Shown here piece by piece: positions 27,186-37,366 of a stretch of 64,000 nt of DNA. Source of the DNA: Candidatus Woesearchaeota archaeon (GTDB taxonomy: Archaea; Nanobdellota; Nanobdellia; SCGC-AAA011-G17; JACPIM01); contig JAGWAC010000001.1 of the NCBI GenBank assembly GCA_018302125.1, positions 33,684 to 97,683 on the forward strand, in the 5' to 3' direction. A program made the position numbers and the translations under genes. Position 1 is the stretch's first letter. Each line of letters begins with the position of its first letter. Below the pieces are notes generated by a model. The model worked only from the letters and a program-made list of their open reading frames with translations, had not been told where the DNA came from and made no database searches.

Positions 27186-30100
27186 TTAATTAAACCACCC
27201 AATCAAAGCTTTCTGCTTGTCTTTCTCTTTTCCAAATAAAGATTCAATTCTTTTTTTTGTAATCTTTAAATTTTGCTTTAAATAAACAGGAAGATCATAC
27301 TTCTCAGCAATATCTAAAGCCATATTCAAATATTTTATGACAAATCCTTCAGAAACAGTGAGTAATAATTTACCCCCGCATTCAAGGCAAATTCCAGATA
27401 AAGGCGGCCTTCTGAATTTTGCATTGCATTCAACGCATCTGAATTGTTGCGTTGAAAATTTTCTTAAGTTTCCTTTTATATCTCTGATAAAATGTTTCTC
27501 AATAACTAATCTGGCAACATCTTGCTCATTAACAGCTCTTATTTTTTTAGCTAAATCTAATTGTCCCTTTACTTTTTCACCCATAGAAGGAATAAATTTA
27601 TATGCGCTACAAACGACCCCACGATTAATATCGCTAGTATCATGGGTAAACCCAAATCCCCCATATTGCTTTTCAGTATCTAAAAAATCTTTTACTTTAG
27701 AAATCTTAATTTCCCAAGGATTTTTGTATTGCATGGCAGCTTCATAAAATTCCAAAGGATAATTAAAAGCAACATCCATGTCAAATACCATGTCATCCAC
27801 TTCTGTAGGCAATAATTTAGAGCTTAATAATAAAGGTTCATCTTGTGTTGCCCCTTTAGTTTTCGGCAAATATTTTTTTGAAAAATTAAGCAAAACATCC
27901 ATTAATAACATAATGCAAGCTTCATCACCGTCACACCTAGTATTTATAATTTGATTACCCCAAATAATATTTCGTTCCTCTTTTTCTTTCCAGTCAACTT
28001 CCAAACAATAAGAATTTGCTTTTTCATTAATTATTTCAATAGACTTTACATAATCTATGAAAGCATCACCAAAAGAAATTAAAGGAATTTGCTTATGATT
28101 ATAAGATAATTTTCTTCCTTTAGTTTTTAAATTCAGCATATATTTTAATTTTTCAGCTTTCTTAGGATGATTTAAATTTAAAAAACAAGACAAAGTTCTA
28201 CAATCTATTCCACTATAAATTAAATGATGATTAACTGAATATTTTGGTTTTTTTCCGAGTCTTTTATAGATTTCTAAAACCGTTCTTCCAGGCAATCTTA
28301 GTTTACTTGAACAAAATCTCCCTATTAAATTAAATCTTGTCAATAAAAAAGATATATCATCTAAAAGAGATTTATTAACAGATGAAATATCAATAACATC
28401 TCGCTGAGTTACTATACTACCATCGCCATCAATATAAGCAGAAATATAAGCACTAACTATTTCATCAAGAGAATTATATAAAAATCTTGGAACCCTTTTT
28501 GTATGAGCATTTGATCCAGTTTTAAAGCAATATTTAAGTAAATAATAAATAATATCATAACAAATTGTAATCTTAGTATTATTTTCTTCTAAAATTGGTT
28601 TAACCCCAAAACATTTTCGCGTAGAATTAAAAATTGCTTCCTGAATTGACTTAGTACTATTTCTAAAACTAACTCGTTTTGTTGTTGCATTTGTATGTAA
28701 ATGTCCTTCGGCAGTATAATAACCAAGTAAATTAGCTAAATTTTCATCAATTTTAATTTTATTATTGAATTTAAATTTTCCAAAAAAACATCTAATCAAA
28801 GCTTTATCAGGAATATCTTCAATAGAAACCAAATTTAATTCTAACAGCTTTTTAAAATTATTCAATGGGACGCTTTGATACCATCTGCTTAGATTCTTTT
28901 TATATTCACCTTTAAAATTTAATTTCTCGCAAATAAATTTCCTCCCCAATCTATTCACTAAATTTTTAAAGAAATCAGAACAATTATCAATTTTTACTTT
29001 TGAAAGTATTTTTTCCGGTAAATTTTCAATAAATTCTTTAATTAAATTTAATTCTGTACTAAAATTTATTTCTGGTTTAAAATAATCTAAAACAAGTAAC
29101 TTATCATCTATTTTAATTTCATTTGCTTTTTTAAATTTAAAATTATTGCTTTCATCTAAAAACATAAAATCATGATTCTGAGTCATTGTATAATTTCTAT
29201 TTGTTGCAGTAGTAATTTTTATCCATTCTTCTGTTAATGGACCCTTAATAAAGTGTTTAATCTTTTTTTCTTTTATTTCTTTAGTAACAGGATCAGAACC
29301 ATATGCAACCAATTCTTGGTTGCATTCTACTTTTAAAGTTCCAACAGTATCGACTACTTTTGTTTTAGCCCCTCTTTTTATTAAATCTTCAACAAAGGGC
29401 CCAATTTCATCATAGTAGATTTTTTTGTTTTTATCAGAATAAACAAATTTAGTGGTTGGAAAAACACAGTCTCTTCTCATAAGTGAGTGCAAATAAGGAT
29501 GTGCTAAAAATCCTTGTGTTTTTGAAAATCCAATTATCCTTGACACTATGCCAGAAGATGTATGCGGGCTCAGACTGATAACTAATTGCCCTATCAAGTC
29601 TTCTTTTGTTTTGAGATTATAATATTTTTCAGTTTTGTATAATTTCTCAAGTAACTCGTCAATAAATCTAGAAATTTTAAGCATAACATCATCACACTTT
29701 TCATCTAAAGTATCTGGAGAACAAGGAATTACAATATCTTGTGATTTTAATTCAATAATTTGCTCATCATTAATAATCTCATTTCCATAAACATCTTTTT
29801 TATAGCTTAATTTTTTTAATCTTTCTAAATTTAAACCAATTTCTTTTGGTTTAAAATGAGTCAATGGCATCTCAATCATATCATATCTAATTGTACCGTC
29901 TTTATTTACATATAAACCATATTTAGCTCTCAAAATTCCCTTAGATAAATGTTCAACAATATGGTCTTTGCTACTTGTTCCCCTAACACCTTTAATCAAT
30001 TCTGGATAAGAATTTGTATCTAATATTTTCAAGGCATTTTTTAAATAATAATTAATGTCAATTTCTCTTTTTCTGGATTTTAATGTTTTTCTTCCGCAGC

Positions 30101-32144
30101 ACTCTTCATTATCATTTATTTTTTTACAAGTAGTACAAAAGAATTTTTGTATGCATTTGTTTCCACAGACCTCACAAAGAGAATAAACAGTCTCCTTATT
30201 GCACTTTTCACATAAAAAATTTGGAAAATCAGCATTAATTTTTCCTTTAGCTAAAGCATTGTTAAAACTTCTTGTTTTTCCCCCTTCGTTTCCAACAGCA
30301 AACAAAATTTGTGGACTCCCTGTTAATTTTCTCATTTTAGCTTTCTCAGGTCTGCCCATTCTTGCCCCAATTGAAGTTCCTGACTTATCCCTAATTTTAT
30401 ATTTACATTTTTCGTTCAAAATATCTAAAACATTTTCCTTATCAGAAATAAAATTAAAATCACCACCCAAATTTAACATCAAAGCTTCTTTCCATTCTCC
30501 TTCAATCACAACATATTCATTCAAAACATACTTGTGAAGCACCCCAATTAATTCTAAAATTCTTTTTGGTAGATTTTCATCTTTTAATTCTGGTTTTTGG
30601 TGATAAGGAATTACTAATTTATCATCTTTAAAAGCTCCTTTCCGAAGCCATTCAAGTAAAAGATTAAATTGCTCTTTATTTATTTCTGACCACCTAAATA
30701 AATATCTGGGATGTAAAGGTAAGTTCTTTTCAAGAGATAATTTTTTAGCCTCTTCAATAGAAATTTTTTTTTCTTTAATTCCAGTTTCTAAGCACCACCA
30801 TTCATCACAGTATCCAGGTGGAACTAATTTATGAGCTCTATTTAAAAAATCACCATAATTAATTAAAATATCACCCAAATGTAAAATTTCTTCAATATCT
30901 TTGGCAACTTTTCGAGCCTGTTCTGGATCTTCTAAAAATAAAACATCACCATTTTTTAATTTTACAATCGGCCCATCAATACTGTCACAAGACCCAACAA
31001 CACAGGCTTTTCCAGGCCTCTCAACTTTAAGTTGTGTACCAATAGCAATAAAATTATTTAAGACATACATGGTTGATGGGTGTATTGCTTGAGCGCTTAA
31101 ACCAGTATTTCTTCCTCTTCCGTATCGTAATCTAAAGCCGCCTTTTGCTAATGGGTGAGTAAAAACAGGTCTACCAGCTACTAAATCTTTAATATATGTG
31201 TAGTCTGGTTTTATCAAAACATTAGAATTTTCAGATTTTTCCTGTGCTTTGCTTTTCTGTTGTATTTTCAAAAATTCATCTAAGAAATTCCATTCGTCAC
31301 TAAAAAAATCTTTTCCCCATTTCTGTAATTGTGCAAAAACTTTCTTTGCTTTCTGCGCAAAACATTCTGCAAAAACCAAGCAAAAACCATTCCTTATTAA
31401 ATTAGTCCCAATTCTGTCTAAATCTTTATAATTGCTTACTTCAAATTTCTCAGAAGGATCTCCTGTAATTTGGACAGGTATTTTTGAGGCTAAAAAAACT
31501 ATTTCTTCATCACTGGGTAAATATTGTAAATTTGTAATTCTTTCATGATAATCTTTTACTTCTGTAACACTTCTCTTAATCTCTTCTTTTGTTGCATCAT
31601 AAACATCATATCCCATTTTTAATCTTATATAATCAGCAACAACAACAGATACAGAAGCACCTGTGCCGCCCGCGCTCCTGATTGGGCCAGAATAATATAA
31701 AGCAAAGTATTCCTTTCCGTCTCTTCTTTTTTTTAATTCCAACCTTACAAATCCCTCTAATGGTGAAACAACTACACCAAGAGTAATATACGCAAGTCCA
31801 AATCTAATTCCTACCTCCATAGCTTCTCTTTTGTCTTTAAATTTGCAAAACTTCTCCTGCGCAATTTCTAAAGAAATAGTCAAAGCAACCCGCCAATCTA
31901 TTCTCCCGAATTGTTTCTCAAGATCTTCAATTCTTTTCTCAATTCCTTGGTTTTTTACTTGTGGAGCAACTATAGAAATTAAGCCAACAGCCCTATCAAC
32001 CATATTTTGTGCCAAAGGAATGTCAACAAAAAGTTCAGGATCAATGCCTTTGCTTCTCGCCTTATTTGCAGATTCATAAGCCTTCTTGATTTCATTATCA
32101 AAATCTTCAAAATATTTCTTAATATCTTCACTGGCAACTATCAT
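27186..32144 (-). CDS. DNA polymerase II (PolD) large subunit DP2, interrupted by an intein
   Basis: Conserved DP2 N-terminus. Catalytic region has ...HPYLHSLMRRD [intein] (TR)CDGDEACIMLLMDVLLNFSKKYLP, the PolD signature. C-terminal zinc fingers. 1652 aa including the intein. Confidence 0.95.
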   Translation of the reverse strand: MIVASEDIKKYFEDFDNEIKKAYESANKARSKGIDPELFVDIPLAQNMVDRAVGLISIVAPQVKNQGIEKRIEDLEKQFGRIDWRVALTISLEIAQEKFCKFKDKREAMEVGIRFGLAYITLGVVVSPLEGFVRLELKKRRDGKEYFALYYSGPIRSAGGTGASVSVVVADYIRLKMGYDVYDATKEEIKRSVTEVKDYHERITNLQYLPSDEEIVFLASKIPVQITGDPSEKFEVSNYKDLDRIGTNLIRNGFCLVFAECFAQKAKKVFAQLQKWGKDFFSDEWNFLDEFLKIQQKSKAQEKSENSNVLIKPDYTYIKDLVAGRPVFTHPLAKGGFRLRYGRGRNTGLSAQAIHPSTMYVLNNFIAIGTQLKVERPGKACVVGSCDSIDGPIVKLKNGDVLFLEDPEQARKVAKDIEEILHLGDILINYGDFLNRAHKLVPPGYCDEWWCLETGIKEKKISIEEAKKLSLEKNLPLHPRYLFRWSEINKEQFNLLLEWLRKGAFKDDKLVIPYHQKPELKDENLPKRILELIGVLHKYVLNEYVVIEGEWKEALMLNLGGDFNFISDKENVLDILNEKCKYKIRDKSGTSIGARMGRPEKAKMRKLTGSPQILFAVGNEGGKTRSFNNALAKGKINADFPNFLCEKCNKETVYSLCEVCGNKCIQKFFCTTCKKINDNEECCGRKTLKSRKREIDINYYLKNALKILDTNSYPELIKGVRGTSSKDHIVEHLSKGILRAKYGLYVNKDGTIRYDMIEMPLTHFKPKEIGLNLERLKKLSYKKDVYGNEIINDEQIIELKSQDIVIPCSPDTLDEKCDDVMLKISRFIDELLEKLYKTEKYYNLKTKEDLIGQLVISLSPHTSSGIVSRIIGFSKTQGFLAHPYLHSLMRRDCVFPTTKFVYSDKNKKIYYDEIGPFVEDLIKRGAKTKVVDTVGTLKVECNQELVAYGSDPVTKEIKEKKIKHFIKGPLTEEWIKITTATNRNYTMTQNHDFMFLDESNNFKFKKANEIKIDDKLLVLDYFKPEINFSTELNLIKEFIENLPEKILSKVKIDNCSDFFKNLVNRLGRKFICEKLNFKGEYKKNLSRWYQSVPLNNFKKLLELNLVSIEDIPDKALIRCFFGKFKFNNKIKIDENLANLLGYYTAEGHLHTNATTKRVSFRNSTKSIQEAIFNSTRKCFGVKPILEENNTKITICYDIIYYLLKYCFKTGSNAHTKRVPRFLYNSLDEIVSAYISAYIDGDGSIVTQRDVIDISSVNKSLLDDISFLLTRFNLIGRFCSSKLRLPGRTVLEIYKRLGKKPKYSVNHHLIYSGIDCRTLSCFLNLNHPKKAEKLKYMLNLKTKGRKLSYNHKQIPLISFGDAFIDYVKSIEIINEKANSYCLEVDWKEKEERNIIWGNQIINTRCDGDEACIMLLMDVLLNFSKKYLPKTKGATQDEPLLLSSKLLPTEVDDMVFDMDVAFNYPLEFYEAAMQYKNPWEIKISKVKDFLDTEKQYGGFGFTHDTSDINRGVVCSAYKFIPSMGEKVKGQLDLAKKIRAVNEQDVARLVIEKHFIRDIKGNLRKFSTQQFRCVECNAKFRRPPLSGICLECGGKLLLTVSEGFVIKYLNMALDIAEKYDLPVYLKQNLKITKKRIESLFGKEKDKQKALIGWFN
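27942..29468 (-). mobile_element. PolD DP2 intein (about 509 aa) with LAGLIDADG endonuclease
   Basis: Starts CVFPTTKFV right after MRRD. LAGLIDADG-like motifs LLGYYTAEGHL and ISAYIDGDGSI. The C-terminal junction is ...GNQIIN/TRCDGDE. The exact end (27936 or 27942) is uncertain because there is no His-Asn. Confidence 0.75.
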
Positions 32145-33739
32145 AATACATCTTTATCTTCAAAAGTTTGTTTCATAAAATTTAAAATTTTTATTTCGCG
32201 GCTCTTCAAATTTATTAAAGTCACTTTAGCAGTATCTGTTTTGCTGCCGGTTTTTTCCTGATAAGGTGTTAACCCCTCCCAGCATCCACACCCAATTAAT
32301 GAAACATTTCTATAAACAATATTACTAATTTGATGCAAATGTCCTGTAATGATAAAATCAGGAATATTATCAATTATTAAAAAATCATTTTTAGCATCAG
32401 GTACATATAAAGTAGCAGTATGTGTCGGACTTAAATGCCTTCTTTGTAATAAATATTTCATAATTAAATCCCCCCTAGAAGTCCACCCATTGCTTCTTAT
32501 ACTCTCAATATTATCAGCATAATAAACAAAACTTTTGCCATGATACAATATAACATCAAAACCAGAAAAATCCCCAGAAGAATGTAGATTAATAAATCCT
32601 GGATTAGTAACTAGAATAACATTCTCAATTTCAAAAAGTTCTGGAGCAAACTCCTTGTCTAAAATAGGTTGTGGCTCACTAACTCTAACAGAATCATGAT
32701 CTCCAGGACATAAAATAATCAGTACATCTTTTCTTATTTTAGAAAGTAAATTTGCTAATTCCCTATATTGTTCTCTTATGTCTTTAATTTCCAAATCATT
32801 ATCCTGTCCAGGATATACACCAATACCAGCAACTAAATCCCCAGTCATTGTTATATATTTTATCTTTCGAGCAATCTCTTTTTGTTTCTCCTCTCCTACA
32901 TTACCATTTACCCATTCAATAAAATTCAAAAAATCCTCCTTATAAAATAATCTTGAACCAACATGAATATCTGAAGTACAAATTAAATAACATTCGTCAG
33001 GACTTTTCTTCAGTTCCTTAGTCAATGGAATATCAGGAAAAACAACTCTTCTTCCAAATAAAACACCCTTACTAAAGCTTCCAACAATACCTATAACCTC
33101 ATCCAAAGAAACCTCTTTACAAGTATTATAAAGTTCAAAATCATTTTTCCCAACAATTACTTTTATTCTTCCTGTTAAATCCTCTATATCAAAAATAAAA
33201 TTGCTGTTTTTCGTTATCTCTTTATTCATAACAATCCCAATAATAGTTGCCTTCTCTTTGTCCTTTTTATTCAGGACTTTATTAATAGAAATAACATCTC
33301 GTAATTCCTGTCTTTTTTCGAGAATATCTCTTAAAACTTTATATCTATTCCTAAAATATTCAACAAAATCTTGTAAATCAATTTTTTTATCTGGTTTTAT
33401 ATAATCTTTAATTATTTTTACAGATGATTTTAATGCTTGTTCTTCTTTTACAATTTTTTTAACATTTATCAACTCTAAAAAATTATCATATTCAATCCTG
33501 CTTCTTCCTTTTTCCAAAAAAACTCTCGCCCTTTCAATCTCATCCCAGTTAACGCTTAATTTTTTAAAAATACCTAAAGATTCTAGTATATGCCTGTTAA
33601 TTATTAAAGGTTTATCTAAAAAAAGATTCTCTTCTAATAAATTAATTATCTTTTCAATCTCAAAACTAGAATCAAAAACATCTGGGCTAACTAAATATCC
33701 TTTCTGCATTAAAGATTGTACAACTTCCCCCTTTTCCAT
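32141..33739 (-). CDS. DNA polymerase II (PolD) small subunit DP1 (phosphoesterase/exonuclease)
   Basis: Calcineurin-like phosphoesterase motifs (DIHVGS, GDLVAGIG, CPGDHD, GHLH) and an N-terminal OB region. Overlaps DP2 by 4 nt. Confidence 0.9.
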   Translation of the reverse strand: MEKGEVVQSLMQKGYLVSPDVFDSSFEIEKIINLLEENLFLDKPLIINRHILESLGIFKKLSVNWDEIERARVFLEKGRSRIEYDNFLELINVKKIVKEEQALKSSVKIIKDYIKPDKKIDLQDFVEYFRNRYKVLRDILEKRQELRDVISINKVLNKKDKEKATIIGIVMNKEITKNSNFIFDIEDLTGRIKVIVGKNDFELYNTCKEVSLDEVIGIVGSFSKGVLFGRRVVFPDIPLTKELKKSPDECYLICTSDIHVGSRLFYKEDFLNFIEWVNGNVGEEKQKEIARKIKYITMTGDLVAGIGVYPGQDNDLEIKDIREQYRELANLLSKIRKDVLIILCPGDHDSVRVSEPQPILDKEFAPELFEIENVILVTNPGFINLHSSGDFSGFDVILYHGKSFVYYADNIESIRSNGWTSRGDLIMKYLLQRRHLSPTHTATLYVPDAKNDFLIIDNIPDFIITGHLHQISNIVYRNVSLIGCGCWEGLTPYQEKTGSKTDTAKVTLINLKSREIKILNFMKQTFEDKDVL

Positions 33740-34950
33740 TATAAACTTAAATCCTCTTTTAACATATTATTTATTTTTATAGCAGTTGAATTTGGTATTG
33801 CTAAGCAAATCTCTCTTGTTCTCCCATATCTTCCCTTGCTGATTACTTTGGCATTAATTATTCCCAACAAGTCAAGTTCAGCAACAATATCGCTTAATCT
33901 TCTCTGAGTTAAAGGCCTATCCCCTGTTCTGAAACAATAATTTTTGTAAATTTCATAAATATCCCCAGTAAAAATACATTTATTTGCTTTCAAAAACATT
34001 TCAAAAATAGCATAAAGAGTTAGCTTAAACTGTTTTGGCTGGCTGTTGACAATGTCAATTATTCTGTCTCTTTCAATTTTTGCTTCAGCAGCATCAATAT
34101 TCTCTAATGTAACTGTTTTTTTATTTCCTCTCTCAACTAATTCTCCTGCTACTCTCAATAATTCTAAAGCTCGCCTGGCATCACCATGTTCTTTTGCAGC
34201 ATAAGCAGAACATTTTTCAATTACTCCCTCCTCAATTACCTCCCCCTTAAAAGCAATTTCTGCTCTTTCTTTCAAAATTTTTTGTAATTGTAAGGCATTA
34301 TATGGTGAAAAAACAAGTTCTTCTTCACTCAAACTGCTTTTAACTCTTGAATCTAAATTATCTGCAAATACCATATCATTCGAAATTCCAACTAAAGAAA
34401 TCTCACTATTAAGTAACTCAGAATTTAATCTAGTTAAATTATACAGAATTTCATCCCCAATTTTATTTACTAATTGATCAATTTCATCAAGAACAATTAT
34501 TAATAATTGTTTTTTTTCATCTAAATATTTTATAAAACCCCTATATACTTCATCAGTTGGTAAACCTGTTGCCGGTACTTCTCCACCAAATTCTCTTGTT
34601 AACTGCGCAAGCAATCTATATTCAGTATCTGCAATTCTTTTTAGTTTACAATTAAGATAAAAAATCCTTAAATTAACATTCTTTTTTTTAGAAAGATCTA
34701 GTAGGTTTTTAATTACATACTTAACACAAAGGGTTTTACCAGTTCCTGTTCTACCATAAATAAATAAATTAGATGGTTTTTCCATTCTCAGACTAGGCGC
34801 TAAAATATTTGCAATTTGTTTTATTTCATTTTCTCTGTAGTGAATATTATCAGGAATGTAATTACTTTGTAGGGCCTTTCTGTTCTTAAAAATAAAATCT
34901 TTTTTCAAATAACCTTCAAAAAAATCAGTTAACCCTTTTTCATCAACCAT
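33739..34950 (-). CDS. cdc6: Orc1/Cdc6 replication initiator
   Basis: AAA+ Walker A (YGRTGTGKT), Walker B (LDEIDQL) and a C-terminal winged helix; 403 aa. Lies directly next to the ORB-containing intergenic region. Confidence 0.95.
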   Translation of the reverse strand: MVDEKGLTDFFEGYLKKDFIFKNRKALQSNYIPDNIHYRENEIKQIANILAPSLRMEKPSNLFIYGRTGTGKTLCVKYVIKNLLDLSKKKNVNLRIFYLNCKLKRIADTEYRLLAQLTREFGGEVPATGLPTDEVYRGFIKYLDEKKQLLIIVLDEIDQLVNKIGDEILYNLTRLNSELLNSEISLVGISNDMVFADNLDSRVKSSLSEEELVFSPYNALQLQKILKERAEIAFKGEVIEEGVIEKCSAYAAKEHGDARRALELLRVAGELVERGNKKTVTLENIDAAEAKIERDRIIDIVNSQPKQFKLTLYAIFEMFLKANKCIFTGDIYEIYKNYCFRTGDRPLTQRRLSDIVAELDLLGIINAKVISKGRYGRTREICLAIPNSTAIKINNMLKEDLSL

Positions 34951-34999
34951 AGTAATCCTAAAAACATAAAATTCTATTTAAAGATTCTTATTTTTTCAT

Positions 35000-35023
35000 C
35001 CCACCCCCCTCTTTCCTATAGAA
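35000..35023 (-). promoter_or_regulatory. ORB-like box 1 (TTCTATAGGAAAGAGGGGGGTGGG on minus strand)
   Basis: Dyad TTC....GGAA followed by a G-string, as in archaeal origin recognition boxes. Confidence 0.5.
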
Positions 35024-35024
35024 A

Positions 35025-35040
35025 CCACCCCTTCCGGAAA
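35025..35040 (-). promoter_or_regulatory. ORB-like box 2 (TTTCCGGAAGGGGTGG on minus strand)
   Basis: TTCCGGAA dyad plus GGGGTGG. Confidence 0.4.
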
Positions 35041-35225
35041 ATTTTCATAAAAAGTAAAATTTTTTTAAATATAAATAAAAAGTGAAAAATAGAAAAAGAA
35101 AAACATATAATAAAGAATAAAAAAATTTATAAAAGCAAATAAAAAATAGAAAAAATCATAAAAACTTATTAAAAACTTATTTTTTTATATTTCATTCAAA
35201 AAAAGAGGTTTAAATAATAAACTCT

Positions 35226-35252
35226 TTCCAAAGGAAATGGGGGGGTGGGGGT
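35226..35252 (+). promoter_or_regulatory. ORB-like box 3 (TTTCCAAAGGAAATGGGGGGGTGGGGG)
   Basis: Close to the ORB consensus TTCCAnnGGAAA followed by a G-string. Oriented inverted relative to boxes 1 and 2. Confidence 0.55.
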
Positions 35253-35333
35253 TATATTCTGAAAAGATTATATAAAAAATATACAAATCCAAACCCAGAA
35301 AGATTTATAAATTAGATAAATTATTAAAAGAAA

Positions 35334-35597
35334 ATGGCTGAAGAAGAAAAAAAATATTCTAAACAACTATTAGGAAAGACAGTAGTAACTAAATCGGGAA
35401 AAAAATTCGGTGAAATAGGAAATATAACTTTTGAAACAAGAACAGGAGAATTAATACAAATTATTCTCAAAAATACAACACCATATATAGAAAATTTAAA
35501 TTTAGAAAAAGATACTAGTGGAAGTGTTTTAATACCTTTTTCATCAGTAATTGCTATAGGTGACTTCGTTGTTGTTTCTGAAGAAGATATAATATAA
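35334..35597 (+). CDS. PRC-barrel domain protein
   Basis: LLGKTVVTKSGKKFGEIGNITFETRTGEL...VLIPFSSV is typical of PRC barrels; 87 aa. Confidence 0.5.
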   Translation: MAEEEKKYSKQLLGKTVVTKSGKKFGEIGNITFETRTGELIQIILKNTTPYIENLNLEKDTSGSVLIPFSSVIAIGDFVVVSEEDII

Positions 35598-35630
35598 AGA
35601 TTTTTAAATTATTGTATTTTTCTTAATAAA

Positions 35631-36623
35631 ATGAAATCAACTAAAGATATTAAAGTCTCAAGTAAAATATATGAGCAGATCATAGGGCAGAATAAAGCCC
35701 TAGAAATAGTTAAAAAAGCAGCAAAACAAAGAAGGAATTTATTATTAATAGGAGACCCAGGAACAGGAAAATCTCTTTTAGGTCATGCATTAGCAGAATT
35801 ACTGCCAACAGAAAAACTTGTTGATGTTCTTTCTTATGATAACCCAATAGATGAAAATACACCAATAATAAAAACAGTTCCTCGGGGAGAAGGTAAAGAA
35901 ATAGTCTCAAAAGCAAGACTTCAAGCAATAACATCTTTTAAGAAACAAAGTACTTTTATATTTATTTTAGTAATTTTATCAATGATCACACCATGGTTAA
36001 TTAGAAAACAATATGGTGACATAATGGCAGCAGCTTCTTTAATAGGTTCAATGATTTTTTTAGGTGCATTTATTTTATTCTTAAATATTAATAGAAGAGT
36101 TAAAACCACATCAAGAGTTCCCAAATTATTAATTGATAATTCAAATACAAAAAAAGTTCCTTTTTTAGACGCTTCAGGAGCACATGCTGGAGCACTACTT
36201 GGTGACTGTTTACACGATCCATTACAATGCCTAAATAGTAGTAACAATATTTTTATAATTAAAGAAATAGGAAAAGATAAATATATCTTACAAGAAGAAG
36301 ATATTAGTTTAAAAATTAATAATTTATTAGAAAAAAATAAAGACAAAATAATTAAAAGAAAAGATTATTCTGCAGTTCATTTAAAAGAAGGGGAATTAAA
36401 AATTTTAGGAGAAAGAAATAAGAACATTCAAGACGTTACTGTATTATCAGTAAATAAACATAAAAATCACCACAAATATTTAATAAAATTAACAACAGAA
36501 ACTGGAAAAGAATTAATTGTTACGTCAGAACATAAAATAGCAGTTAAAGATTTTTTCAATAAAATAAAATATATTGCTGCAGAAAATTTAAAGCCATGGC
36601 ATAAATTAATCACTCTCGAATAA
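35631..36623 (+). CDS. LonB protease N-terminal fragment (AAA+ N-half with membrane insertion) fused to the intein N-fragment (IntN, 36228-36620)
   Basis: Walker A GDPGTGKS, two TM helices, then ...AHAGALLGDCLHDPLQ matching the LonB sensor region. Next comes CLNSS... (intein block A) and LIVTSEHKIAV (block B), then a stop. IntN is 131 aa. Confidence 0.8.
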   Translation: MKSTKDIKVSSKIYEQIIGQNKALEIVKKAAKQRRNLLLIGDPGTGKSLLGHALAELLPTEKLVDVLSYDNPIDENTPIIKTVPRGEGKEIVSKARLQAITSFKKQSTFIFILVILSMITPWLIRKQYGDIMAAASLIGSMIFLGAFILFLNINRRVKTTSRVPKLLIDNSNTKKVPFLDASGAHAGALLGDCLHDPLQCLNSSNNIFIIKEIGKDKYILQEEDISLKINNLLEKNKDKIIKRKDYSAVHLKEGELKILGERNKNIQDVTVLSVNKHKNHHKYLIKLTTETGKELIVTSEHKIAVKDFFNKIKYIAAENLKPWHKLITLE

Positions 36624-36708
36624 TTATTTAGTTGTCTTCCGAAAACTTTCCGAAATTTATTAATTTTTCCAGAAACTTTACAGTTGATTTATAAATCAAT
36701 CCAGAAAT

Positions 36709-36792
36709 CTTCCGAAAATATAGTACTGGACACCAGACGCCCGCCTAGCGCTTATATACTAAATTAGCTTATATACTAAATTATCTTATATC
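36709..36792 (+). repeat. promoter-like repeat element, copy B (1x iteron; TATA-like box tandemly duplicated)
   Basis: CTTCCGAAAATATAGTACTGGACACCAGACGCCCGCCTAGCGCTTATATACTAAATTAGCTTATATACTAAATT. Upstream there are partial CTTCCGAAAA copies at 36637-36660. Confidence 0.5.
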
Positions 36793-36812
36793 TTTTTATG
36801 ACAGAAAAATAG

Positions 36813-37289
36813 GCTAGCATAATAATTTCAGAACAAAATATAATAAATACTTATAATAAATGGCAACAAGAGCAAAGCAAATTATATTTAGAATATAAAA
36901 AAATAAAACAAGAAAATCCAGAGCTTGGTCATAAAAGAATTGCTACACTTCTAAACCAACCACATCATAAAACAAGATAGTGGCATGAAAAAAATAGAAT
37001 AATTAATTTTTTTGAAGTAGCTGCACTTAAATGCTCTTGTTGTGGAAAACTAGGTCAACATATAGATAAATCAAAAAATATTCAAATTATAAGAAGTCCA
37101 GAATTTTTTAATATTTCATCAATAGAAGAATGGGAAAAGTTTATTGATGAAGAACTTAAATTTTTAATTCAAAACAAAGAAGAAGTACTTCTTATACTTC
37201 CAGAACTTGAAAATAAATGGAAAGAGTCTTGTAAAGCATTAAGAAAGCTAATTAAACAAACAACAAATACTCAACACCAACATTTATAA
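36813..37289 (+). pseudogene. degenerate ORF between the two lon halves, in-frame with the lon N-part, with internal TAG (36978-36980) and no start codon; HTH- and HNH-like hints
   Basis: Frame reads ...WQQEQSKLYLEYKKIKQENPELGHKRIATLLNQPHHKTR*WHEKNRIINFFEVAALKCSCCGKLGQHIDKSKN...KALRKLIKQTTNTQHQHL*. Possibly the remnant of a homing-endonuclease-like gene. Confidence 0.3.
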
Positions 37290-37366
37290 ATTTTCTTTTC
37301 TTTTAATACATTAACCAAGTAACTTATTCCTAAATCAGGAGTTGATAAGAACCTTGGTTCTTATTT

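Larger units (their letters stand above)
34995..35255. other. predicted replication origin (oriC): AT-rich unwinding region flanked by inverted ORB-like boxes
   Basis: 383-bp intergenic region upstream of cdc6. Roughly 180 bp of mostly A/T sequence sit between G-string-containing boxes in opposite orientation. Confidence 0.6.

Noticed and set aside
36978-36980. In-frame TAG as pyrrolysine codon
   Set aside because: There are no pyl genes or a methylamine methyltransferase context. The ORF also lacks a start codon, so a decayed pseudogene is the simpler reading.
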